Source of the DNA: Ascidiella aspersa
Taxonomy: Eukaryota
Assembly (NCBI GenBank): GCA_963924565.1
Contig: OZ004609.1
Location: 26,474,001-26,538,000 of the forward strand
Length of the DNA stretch: 64,000 nt
Direction of reading: 5' to 3'
The notes beneath the pieces are model-generated. The model ran no database searches, was not told the origin of the DNA, and was given only the letters and a program-made list of their open reading frames with translations. Shown here in pieces: positions 53,243 through 64,000 of this stretch (position 1 is the stretch's first letter; the number at the start of each line of letters is the position of its first letter). The position numbers and the translations under genes are program-made.

Positions 53243-54562
53243 AACTAAAAGCTATTATTGCAAACTTGCACAAAACACGCGGAGTAAGGATTAGCAATAC
53301 TAGGCAATTAGTTCGCATGTTTGTTCATCATTAAACTTTATCCCTTAGTTGAAATCCTGAACACTCTACTCAGCAAACAACACACTTTAAACTTTAAAGC
53401 AATAGCTTGTTATTAGTTAGCGATAACTTTTAAATCATAAAAAGTTAAAGCTACACTAATCCTTCCTGTGTGCAACCTGACAAAATTGCGACTAAGAGTG
53501 GTCTTTTTCATTGTTGCATATTTGAAGAAATAGTTGTGCAGCGTTTCCCTTTGTTTGAAAATGAACATGAGTTATGGTTTACTAAATATGAAAAATTTCT
53601 ATTGTAATGGAGTCTAACAACCGCCATTTAAGAAACTAATGCTCCTCCCACAGCACACACACTCGCGTCGCTCAATTCATTTTCGGCAAGATCCAACTCA
53701 TTTATTTGACACTAAAACTCTTAAGCGCGACTCTCCCAAATATGCTCAATTGCACAAAAAACACGAAGTATTACTACGGCTAATTGGCATATTATTTATA
53801 TTTTTGCGTAAATCTAAGAACACTGTTGTAAGTACACTCTGTTAGAAAAACCAAAAATGAAGGCGTAAAACACGTGAAGTTCGTGAAGCATTTCAAAAGA
53901 AACAGTTATAAGCCTACTTATGGAACGAGGTGACAGTTGATTGAGGCCCAAATTACATACAAACTGGACGTCGATTAGGTACACCAATCTAGCATTACCA
54001 ACAAATGTACCGTAGTTTATACGATCAAAAATACATTTTGTATTCCATTCGACATTTTGCCTTTAGGTTGAAACCTATTAAAATATTTGTTTCAAAAATT
54101 ACCGCCGTAACGTTGAACGCTGATAAAACGTCTTGAAACAAAACCCACCCTTTCTATTTTTTCTTTGTTTGTGTTTTGATTTTGCAAGTAGAAAAAAAAT
54201 TGTTCACGGTCACTGGCATTCGAAGTAACATTGACTAAAAACGTATTGACACAGTGGCAACATAGATTTGTACATTTTAGTCAACATGTAGCCTAACGTT
54301 TATATTTTGTAAATTTTGCACGTATTTGTGAGAGAGCATAAATATGTTGGCAACTTTACAACTTGGTCGATTGAGTATTGCAATGTCAGTTTGGAAAACA
54401 CATTTTGTGACAATAGACGAGGCGACTCTGACGTAATAGTTCATTGTTGGAGCGATGTGACTCATGATGTGTGGATGCAAAGAGATAAATACCGCTGCAA
54501 GCAGTTTCACAGTAACTGCAAGACGTCCTCATACCAATACATCTGTATCAAATATGCTCCTC

Positions 54563-57500
54563 TCAATATGTCGCACAAAGGTATCGGACTTCATAGTCGT
54601 GACAGCGCCCGGACGACTGGTCTCTGTTGTCGCACAGCAGTCCGTGGTAAACGCTCAACCTCTTCAACGCGTCGCCGCTCTTCTCGTATGGAGTTTTAGA
54701 TCCTATGACGCGAGCCTCAATTTTGATTGGGGTTCTGGAGAAATAACATAGGCAAACGTTTGAGCTAACCAAAAACAACGCGAATGCTACTTCTGTCAAA
54801 ATCTTAGCCAAAATAGATTCCTCAATTCCTGCTTAAAGGTTAAAGTCATCAACTGACATATTGCCTTTTCCGAAGCGAGGTATGGAAAGATAATACACCA
54901 CAAGTTGTTGAATACCAAATTTTCAAGGCCGATCACATTCAACTTGTAAGTAGCCTATATACTACCTCACACAAGGCACAAGTAATGATATGGCATAAAT
55001 TGAAATTTCAGGCTTATGAATGCTACTTGCATCGACACGTTGTTAACTGAAATACACAGTGTTGCTTTGTTATAACCAACCTGCATCGAAGGTAGCCTAA
55101 CGCTCGCGCGGTGCCTACAGATTCCACCTCCAAGTGACCGCGAGATGGCGTGCTTAAGTTGCTCCATCTCGACCAAACTCCTTTCTGTTGCTCGTCATTG
55201 AGTCTTCTATCATTCACTAAAATAAATATATTATTTAAGAAATGTGGTGGCTTACATATAACACAGATTTCAGGGCATTTTGAATAGTGTGCGTTCAACT
55301 TAATGATTTTAATTTTCACGCATCATAAAGCACAGGTAAAATGTAAGATGCCCGGTTAAACAATATATACGACACGTGTAGCCATATAAAATTTATTCGC
55401 TGTTCACAAAATAAATGAATGTATATTGCTTTATAATATCACTTACTGTTGCGACAATAGAATCGCACTCTGTAGTCGTGGCATTTGCCGTTTTCCTGGT
55501 GGTTTCCTCTGCATATCAGACCACGTTTGGTGTTAAATTCTTCAAATACATCGCCGGTGTCCATGGCTGGCACCTATTAAGGTAGAAATATAAATTGACT
55601 TTAATCACTGATTAACAGTTGTAGCTTCCATTAAATAAAAGCTTGATGTTAAAATTTGATAAATGCCCTGTTACCTGTGGGCATCTTACGTAAAAGGGCG
55701 TACTTTAAACTCAGTAAATTTTGCCCGTTTAAAAGTTCGACATAACACCTTCGATCTGTTACAAAGCCGTTACCGCTTTTAACTGTTACATAACTTGTAA
55801 TGAATTTTCCTTACATTTTCGGCCGTTGAGATTTAATTCACTCTCTAAAACCAACAACCGCATTTCTTACCCCGTCACTGGTCTGAGCTTGAATGTAGAG
55901 GGGAAAGTGGCAAACTTGTGGCCGGCTTTCCAGCAGGTAGTCGCTTAAAGATTCGATGTCGTCGTTTTCTGGAGACGTGGGCGTTTGACGATCCATCCAA
56001 CTTGTCCAATAGCAGTCCAAGCCTGATTACAACATTTTTGTCGCTTTTTCAACTATGTATATATAGCTCTTTTCAGTTTTGTTGTAAGTTGAATACGCGC
56101 TATACGCGTGTGGTGTCTTGAACAAATTAAATTCTGCAATGCGCAATCTATAGAGCGCAGTCAGACTAAAAGAGCTAAACAACTTGATGAAAATGATCGC
56201 TACAAAATCGATAAGGTTGAACACAAGGCCCGCGGTTATAATATCACATCACAACACTAATTCCGTGTCACATGGTCACCTAATGTTTCTATGTGGCTGA
56301 TGCATAAGTTATTTTTAACGTTTTATAACTTCTTTGCGATGGTATGAAAGGTTATATATGGAATTGTTGATAGTGCCATATGTCACAGAAGATCTGCCAT
56401 GTCAGTTTAAAATTGTAACTAAAAGAGTCGACCTATTTCCTGCAATGGCATGCTTCGTGGTAATTTGTAAGCGTGCCTTAATTAAAATGTTTTTGAAAAA
56501 TGGCTGTGATCATTACAACTGTACCATATGTACGGTACTATTTGAGAAAATATATTTATTGCATTCTTAATCTAGTACAACGTGCGGTTGCAAAATTCCC
56601 ACAGTGATGGGTACGGTGACCTGTGATTAGTAAAAGCGGTTAAAATGCCATTTTTATGTTGCAAATAATGTATTTGCATAACCTTGGATATACTGAAACG
56701 TCGATGAACTCACTTTGCTTGGAGTTTGGAACAGACGAAGGAATTGTTCCTTTCGGACATAGAAAACGAACCTTTTTCGGCAAAGTGTTCGTCTTGGACA
56801 AAGATCGCACCTGTTAGAAAACATGCCCTTCATTTGTCCTATTCGGAAAACTTTTTTACAGCTTTTTGGCAGTTTATTAATCAACGTTAACTGTAATATA
56901 AAGGCCTAATTTTCTACAATTCAATATGCCATCAATGTGGCTTTGATGAATCAGTTTTGTGAGGCCGCAAAATTTGATTACCTGCGTGTCCAACGGGTTT
57001 GGGCAAACGCTATCAGAGTTGTATTTTCGTTGTTTGAGCAACTTATCGGCGACTGTATTCGTTCCGAGCAAAAACCACCGTGTCCACTGTCCGTCTGCAA
57101 AAACATACCAAGTAGACGCCTTTTCGAGTTAAATACCACGACCAACATACACAAAGCATGCAACTCGAGACTTTAAAGTTATACGAAAGCATAGGCAGAA
57201 GATTCTTTGTTAACAAAATGTTACCCGGTAAAGTCATATAGTAATCTGACTAAACGATTCACAGTAAATTATTTTTGTGACATTATCGTGATTCAAGGCT
57301 ATTTTCTGTGCATTTCTGCAAATTAGTAACCACGCGATGGCCTTTATTTAAATGACCGTTGTCATATATAGTACAAATGTCAATTTGTCATAAAACAATT
57401 TAAATATATATAATTACATAAAGCAAAACGTCAATTTGTTTTACGACCAAGACGGAGACCCTAATACCAGGGTTTACGCGTGTGCAGAATATTGCGAAAT

Positions 57501-60500
57501 CGCTGTAATCTGTACCGTGGGTTCGAATTACTTTCTCGTTGAGCTTCATTCTGAACGCATTCCCGATGGTCACAAAAACACTTATTGTCACTTAGCCTAT
57601 ATAATAAACTTTTGTGATGTAAATTAATTTAGGACATTTTCTGATCAAAATTTATCCGCTTTATCTTTTTATAGGTAAAGTTTGCGGTTCCAAAAGTATA
57701 TCAATATCAATACCTTGTCTGTTGTCCAGCTCTCGCCATTGAGTCAAATCGATGTCGGGTAAACTGGAGCACGGCACACGCTCATTATAACCTTTAGCTT
57801 GAAGCATGACCAGTGGCGCAACCGTTTCCATGCCGTCCAAGTTGTCGCAAAAAATCTTTCCTTGGCTGGCCTTTCGCAGTTCTTTCAGTTGACCTGCACA
57901 TACGGTTACTATTTAACAATTGGAATCGATATCAAAACATGCTGTGTTTGGAGTTAACGTTGGCGTAAGAAATGCCAAACAGCTTTGTCATCAATTTAGT
58001 GAAAATTTGCACACTAAAATTTAGTGAAAATTTTGCACACTAGTTAGTTTTCCATTAAACGTACTCTTGGAATAAAACATAAGATAAAAAATGTGATCAG
58101 ACGGTTCAGGAAAAATATTTTAAGGGCGGACGGTGAATTGAGATATTATAGCTAAAAAACAGGGAGACATGGGGTACAATTACTTGTTTTTGCTTTTTCT
58201 CTTGTGCTTCAATTGCCATAAAATCAAACAGGGACGTCATTCGCTACCGGTACCTATAAATCTCATTTTAAACTTTTATAGCCTACTAGGACGTATTTAC
58301 AAACAGGACAATTGTACAGTATTGTAAATTTGGCTAGTGCAGCTATTAGAAACGGTAATACAAATTTCAAATTACAAAGTACACGTTCTGCACCTTGTGA
58401 AAAACTTGTACAACACACCCCCTCTGTGCAGGTTTGTCCGTGATTATAGATATCAGAGTTTGATCAGTTATATGAGTTCAGGTCAATTGCACTTACAATT
58501 ACTCTGTTAAATGTTTCAATTACATTACAATTACAATTACATTAAAAACTGTAATTAATTACATCTATTACAATTTCTATTGCTGCTGCAAAGTGGAAAA
58601 CAGTTCATGTCTCATCGCTTCCTAAAGAAAATAAGCCCCCCCCCTCATTCAAACTTCAATTTTCTCAATATCAATGTAGTGAGCTAAAATTTTAGCAAAA
58701 TATAATCACAATTAAAATTACACAGAATAAAACTGCTTTAATTGCATTACAATTAAAATTACAAATTGCAATTGATCCAACTCTGAGACATACACTCATT
58801 GGTCTACTCACCGATGCTGAACTGTCCTGGGTTTTCGTGCCAGAAGCGATCTCCCTTTCGTAGCTCTCTAAACTGGAGGGCGAGTATGCAGCCGAACACA
58901 GGACCCACCGAGCCACCTTCTACCGGTGATTCGGCAAGACCGCCCACGTACAGATCGATGTCGTCCACTTGACTTGCAACCAATGGTAAATTAAGTTATT
59001 TTCACACAGAGGAACTTCTACAATGCAACGCACGGTTTTTGTGTGAAAGAACGGTCAAAAGGGCGTGACCTATTAAATTGCAATCATTTGCTTTTATTGG
59101 CAATAAACTTGAAGAGATCAGGGGCCAATCGTTATGCTATAATGACATTTGATTTATTGGAATTGTGAAGCACAACATGTACATTCGCACAACATAATTA
59201 GAGATCATCTTTTTTGAAATATATAAGTTAAAGAAGAAAATTGGAGTACTATCCTCATGTATTAGACCAGGGGTCGGCAACCTTTTTTACAATGCGGACC
59301 TTTTTTACAATGCGGTTTAAAACTCAAATTTTTGTGGCGGACCGGCCTTTAAAAACAAATGTTTAGTAAAGAAAATTTCAATGCGAAGTTTAAGCTTGTT
59401 TTGTGCAAAGAGATGTTCCCGTCTGGAAATTATTAAACTTAATGAAACCCGCGGGGTTAATCACCCTTTATAGTATACCATTAAATTACATTTGTATACA
59501 GTGGTGGGATTCAAATTTTGTCAGCCGGTTCTATTACAAATGTCATATTTTTCAGCTGGTTCTGTTATAAAAAGTCATATTATTAGGCAAATAAACTGAT
59601 TATTTTTTATACATACGGCAGAACTTCGTTTTATGAAGATAAATAGAATGCAGTGCAATAGCAAAATAAAGCAGCAGTCGTCTCATGAGTTGTACTTATG
59701 ACGCAACAATTCAAATTTCAGACAAACAATCACAAAAGGAAAATTACTAATACTGTAAAAATTAACATCCTGTGTAACTGTTACGTGCGAACTTAACCAT
59801 CGCACTTATGCTATCTCTGGATACGTGTTAATTGTGTGTTTGTGCAGCGTAACGATTTCCGTACGTTTGGACGACGGTTGGAACTCAAATATTTCACAGT
59901 TGAAACAACAACCACGTTTCTGAAATCTGACGCAATTTCAGCTAATGTAATGATTGCATCATCCTGATCCATGGCGCAATGACCATTTTTTTATATGCGA
60001 ATAACATCTGATATAACACTAAAACACAAAAATGAAAAAACTATGGAACATATTTCAACTATGGAGCATATTCGAACGAAAGTCAATGTGTTTTAATAAT
60101 AAAAATACATTTAATTGTTTTTGACTTTTTTCAAGGTGTTTATGCACAGTTCGGGTTTAAATCAAAGTTCTATTTTGGCAACCCTGTTACGGACCGGTAG
60201 CAAACTCCTTGCGGACCGGCGGTTGCCGACCACTGTATTAGACTACATGCAAGTACACAACAGATAACTCCACATGGTACCCCAATAAAGACCGCAGCAC
60301 TCTCAATGAAGAAAATAATGAGTCTTTAAAAAACAACTCACTTGTATACGACTTGTAGTTTCGCGAGGTTGAACGGCGTCATGTCATCCGACAGGTCCTC
60401 CCAGTTGATGGCTCGCGGCATTCCGCAGAGTTCGCGGAACTCGTTGTACGGGGCGAGTCCGTGCTCCCGGCCGCGCTGGATGTTGATCGCAAACAGGTCC

Positions 60501-63500
60501 TGGCCGGGTTTGGTCGACGACTCGAACATCCGGCTGCAATACCAAAGCTTTCATTGCAACTATACATAAAGATGTCTGGCACTTGGTATTTTATTTCAAT
60601 ATCGTAACCCGATATTTTGGGAAAACCTATAATGGAACCTAAATACCATTTTTAGAACATTTATCGCCCTTTTTACAAAATACCCGGTATTTTACTCGAA
60701 TTTTTAATTTTTAGTGTTACAGGGCAAACGGAGCCTACGACTGCCGGGTTGGATATTAAATTACGTCATTACTATGATCTAACAAGCAAAATGGATGAAA
60801 AAAAGAAAGTGCAATTTGCACCCCTACCACCCGCGTATCGGACAAGTATGATGCTGCTATCAGGCTTTCCGCTATTATCCAATATAATAGGACATTCGTT
60901 GTTTCAAAAAAGAAGATGATAAATAAAGACGCCAAAATTGCTTCTGTAACATTTTAATGAGGTGCTATTCGTGAGCAGATTCTCCAAATTATGGATTCCA
61001 GATTAATCCTTAATACAGCGCTATGAAACATTAAGAACACAAATGTGACCTTAGTATAATTTCCGAATTCGTATTGTATACAAACTCCAATGCGCCTACT
61101 TTCTGATGTCGGTAACAAAGGAGAGGTCAGTTTCGAAAGCTTTGTCCTCCGAAAGGCCCCTAAGAATGGACGGCGTGGTCATATTGAGGACGGCCTGCTG
61201 TTGGAAAAGTGCCTTGAACGTTGGAATCTTAGGGTGCTTCGGTGTGACGTAATCAGCTTCTGGTCGAAAAAAGAACTTTCCAACCTGGCTGTGACCGTAT
61301 CTGAACAATGTGAAAATCAACAAACAAGGGTCATAATCGCTGTCACGAGTTTTTCCAAAACAGCAACATAAAAAAATACATCTAAAGCGGTTTTAATGGT
61401 ACAATTGTTCTTCCGGCCAAAATTTAGTAAAACGTTTCGACCACCTACTCTGGCAATCTCTTTAGGGCAATAATTGCAACTAAAGGCGAAAACATATATA
61501 TACCAGACAAACATTAAAGCGGTTTTGTTTGGGACAAGGATTTATTTTGTATGGATCGAAATGTAATTTACATGCATCGAAAAGCTTAGCAATGAGCGTA
61601 GCGCCAATAGTTATCGTTTTCTCAACCGGTCCAAAGATTTAACAGTATGGCAAGATGTAGTACATGTGTTGAGTAGTGAATACATAATGCTAGATATTAT
61701 CTAATTGTCTGTACAACCATCATGTAGCATAATTATCCTTTTATACGTGGACAATACCGTAGGGCGGCGGTTGTAAAGGAATTTGCGATGGTTGCGTCCA
61801 CTGATGCGTCGTAACCGTAGTAATAACCGTGTCGGACAAGTTCCAGGCCGTACCGCTTCATTAGTGTTGGGCCAATCAGAGGGGGGAGAAATTCACTGAA
61901 AACAATAAATCATCTTAGCAAAACTGAAAAACCCGTTTGTTTTAGTACTACTTTAGAGATGTTCAAAGGATTACAGTTAAAAGCAATACTTTTTTCTTAT
62001 AATGAACTACACCTATTCATGTAAATTAATACATACTCGAAGCAAAGTTAGTCTTAATGGTATACATAGATTTTACTTGGCATTGCTTTATGTGATAAAA
62101 AGCTAACGTTGAAAGACTAAACAACGTAAAGATATATAAAAACGAAAACATATCCACTATAACAAATATTTTCACATGCTAAATAACTTTAAAGTCTTAT
62201 TCATATATTTAAAAGTGTAAGTTTTTTTTTTAGGTTTTCACTTACTCGTAAGTTATGATTTGAAAGATTGCAGAAAGAATCCTTTTCGCTTCCTGAAAAA
62301 CAATCTCAGAGCTCCAGGATGGATTAAGGCTCTTTAGTCGCCTCCCGACCCTGTTGTGCTCCCTAGCGAATATCAGGTGCGTGGAAGATAGGCCGATGTT
62401 TTCGTTTGTTCGCACGTCCCCTGTTACAAAATAACCAGCAACATGTTTCAACAAAGAATGAGTTTAATTCCATCTTATAGGTTTAGGCAGAAAGTATCGT
62501 TTAGGACGCCCTGCTGTAGTGAATATGTAGTATAGTCAAGGCCAGCGCTCACCTTCCTGAGTTTAACATTTCGGCTAAGGTTATATCCTTTTGCTTGGAC
62601 CGAAACTTATAAAGGTTATTATGCAGGAAATCAAATAATGGATTGGCGCATCTCTTCCAGAAAAAAAAACATTTACACTTTACCAACCATATAGACTGTA
62701 TATTTTTGACTTGAACGTTGGTAAACACTTCATACGCACGAAATATTATCAGAGAGTATCCAGACGATGGCATTGGCAGTAATGTCACGGTCAAATTCCC
62801 ATTATAACGAACAGGCTGCGTAACTTCAAAGTTTGTCAATTCTTGTGATGGATACGATTATACCATGTTACAACATAATTACGGCAGGCCAGACGAGAAC
62901 CTTAATCTTCTTGTTGTTTTTGGTGCTAATCAGCTTACCTGAAACAAAGCATGTTGCTCCTGTTGGATTGAGGTCCTTAAGACAGGATATTTTCTGGGCG
63001 ATCTTGTGCGGAATTTCCGTTTTGGTCGGTAGATTTTGATGTTTTTTACGGAACGGGCATCCACTTTCGCTGTTTGCATTAGGTCCAGATTTTAAAAGAA
63101 GTTCCCCGCTTTCTGAAACCATCCACGAAACGAATTATGATTGCACATTGATGCTTGCATTAGAATTAAAAGCAGATATTAAAGATTTGTTTACACAAAA
63201 ACAACTTTTCCGCGATTTGAAATTGCTATTCAACAAACCGATAGGAACCGTGACAAAGCAATTGACTTCACACGGGATCAAATTTTATACAATTATGTTA
63301 AAATCGCGTAACGTTTTAATTCCATTTAACGCCTTAGATTCAGCATTTAGTAAACTTTCTCCTATAGTACTACAGGCGGAAATGGAAAGTAAGCCAATTT
63401 GTAGCCTTTACGTAAAGTTACATTGCGTAGATAATCGTGATATCCTGTGGTCATATTAAATCACAATTCCGGTAGAAATCGTGCCTACAGCTTAATGTAA

Positions 63501-64000
63501 GTGTTTTTATTTTCGAATGCGTATTATAAAACATAGTGATGTTGCAGTTGTGACGCTTGCGTTTAACAAACTTACAAATGATTGAAGGCAAAGTGTAAAC
63601 GCAATATGTATAAACACAAAACATCATAATATCCTTAGATAATTACATACCATTACACCTTTCTCACGAATCTCATCTCACTATCAAGCTATCATCCAAC
63701 AATTTATGCAATAGAGAGCTTAAGAGTCTACCAATTGTTTAGCGAAAAATGCCACAAGTTTACCGGAGTTTGGGTCCCTCAAGGCATCCAGAAATTCTCG
63801 GGTCGTCCCGTATATGGTCGTCCCGTCGATGTAGGCTGAAAGTGAAGTAATCTGCTCCGTCGGAAGCTCGTCACATTCCTCGGCGATCTGGCTGCCCATT
63901 AGCGGAATGCATTGCACCTCGCCCTTGTAGAAGGGGTCGAAACGCGAAATGGGAACGTTGATGCACGACGCACTGGGCATCTCGCAGCTGGTGCAGTTTA
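54563..64000 (-). CDS. Animal heme peroxidase (peroxidase-cyclooxygenase superfamily) with three C-terminal WxxW (Mucin2_WxxW/CysD, CILP-type) domains; 5' part outside window
   Basis: Exons >64000-63764, 63112-62939, 62420-62246, 61895-61758, 61300-61100, 60533-60342, 58972-58812, 57893-57714 (peroxidase), then 57094-56982, 56810-56714, 56022-55871, 55573-55447, 55216-55081, 54734-54563 (WxxW); all GT-AG and phase-consistent. Peroxidase motifs [23 protein letters not shown] (distal Arg, Glu), FAREHNR, AALRYGHS (proximal His), [46 protein letters not shown]. Confidence 0.92.
58454..58785. mobile_element. Old MITE with CAATTAC subterminal repeats in a peroxidase intron
   Basis: CAGAGTTTGATCAGTT / AATTGATCCAACTCTG inverted ends; many caattac/aattac units; TSD degraded (atagatat / agacatac). 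Confidence 0.7.
59268..60235. mobile_element. hAT (Buster/Charlie-type) non-autonomous element, 968 bp, with an internal fragment of another element
   Basis: TIR CAGGGGTCGGCAACC / GGTTGCCGACCACTG (14/15); perfect TSD tattagac (59260-59267, 60236-60243); internal CAGTGGTGGGATTC terminus-like sequence at 59499. Confidence 0.9.

Noticed and set aside
51600-53334. Two similar ORFs (KLKTIIASLHKTR / KLKAIIANLHKTR) as paralogous peptides
   Set aside because: Explained by the non-coding ~115-bp direct repeat; the frames diverge and run into MITE sequence.
54563-57094. Separate mucin/CILP-like gene downstream of the peroxidase
   Set aside because: The peroxidase exon ending at 57714 has no stop before a GT donor whose phase matches the 57094 acceptor, and no independent start or signal peptide is seen.
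57-58975. AAG 3' splice acceptors (7 of 49 modelled introns)
   Set aside because: Small sample in AT-rich DNA; not clearly anomalous.
2695-59315. Short 15-25 bp tandem duplications (about 2697-2741, 8419-8455, 21149-21192, 57994-58042, 59281-59315)
   Set aside because: Ordinary slippage or repair duplications with no shared sequence.
1-64000. Most short ORFs in the supplied track as standalone genes
   Set aside because: They are exon read-throughs, antisense shadows of real exons, or chance ORFs with non-ATG starts in AT-rich introns.
1-64000. tRNA, rRNA or snoRNA genes
   Set aside because: No cloverleaf, rRNA-like or convincing box C/D or H/ACA patterns seen by eye; a covariance-model scan is needed to exclude them.

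Overview
Compact, AT-rich, intron-rich animal genomic DNA; not prokaryotic, so most entries in the ORF track are exon fragments or noise. An ascidian/tunicate origin is inferred from gene compactness, mosaic CpG depletion and abundant TGACGTCA motifs. Six spliced genes were assembled by hand with consistent intron phases: PRPSAP (+, 5'-truncated), TPPP/p25-alpha (-), a DIPK2/DIA1-family secretory pseudokinase with DIPK2B-like features (+), PPP1R16A/B-like PP1 regulator ending in a polybasic CaaL box (+), CNDP2 with one GC-AG intron (-), and a 5'-truncated animal heme peroxidase fused in frame to three C-terminal WxxW (mucin CysD/CILP-type) domains (-). Introns and intergenic DNA carry many hAT MITEs with 8-bp nnnTAnnn target duplications, a decayed Buster-type transposase, a PIF/Harbinger MITE and a structured-RNA-like intronic element. 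The peroxidase-WxxW fusion is the strongest candidate for an undescribed system (a mucus- or matrix-tethered peroxidase). Reference-protein comparisons are from memory and need confirming by search.
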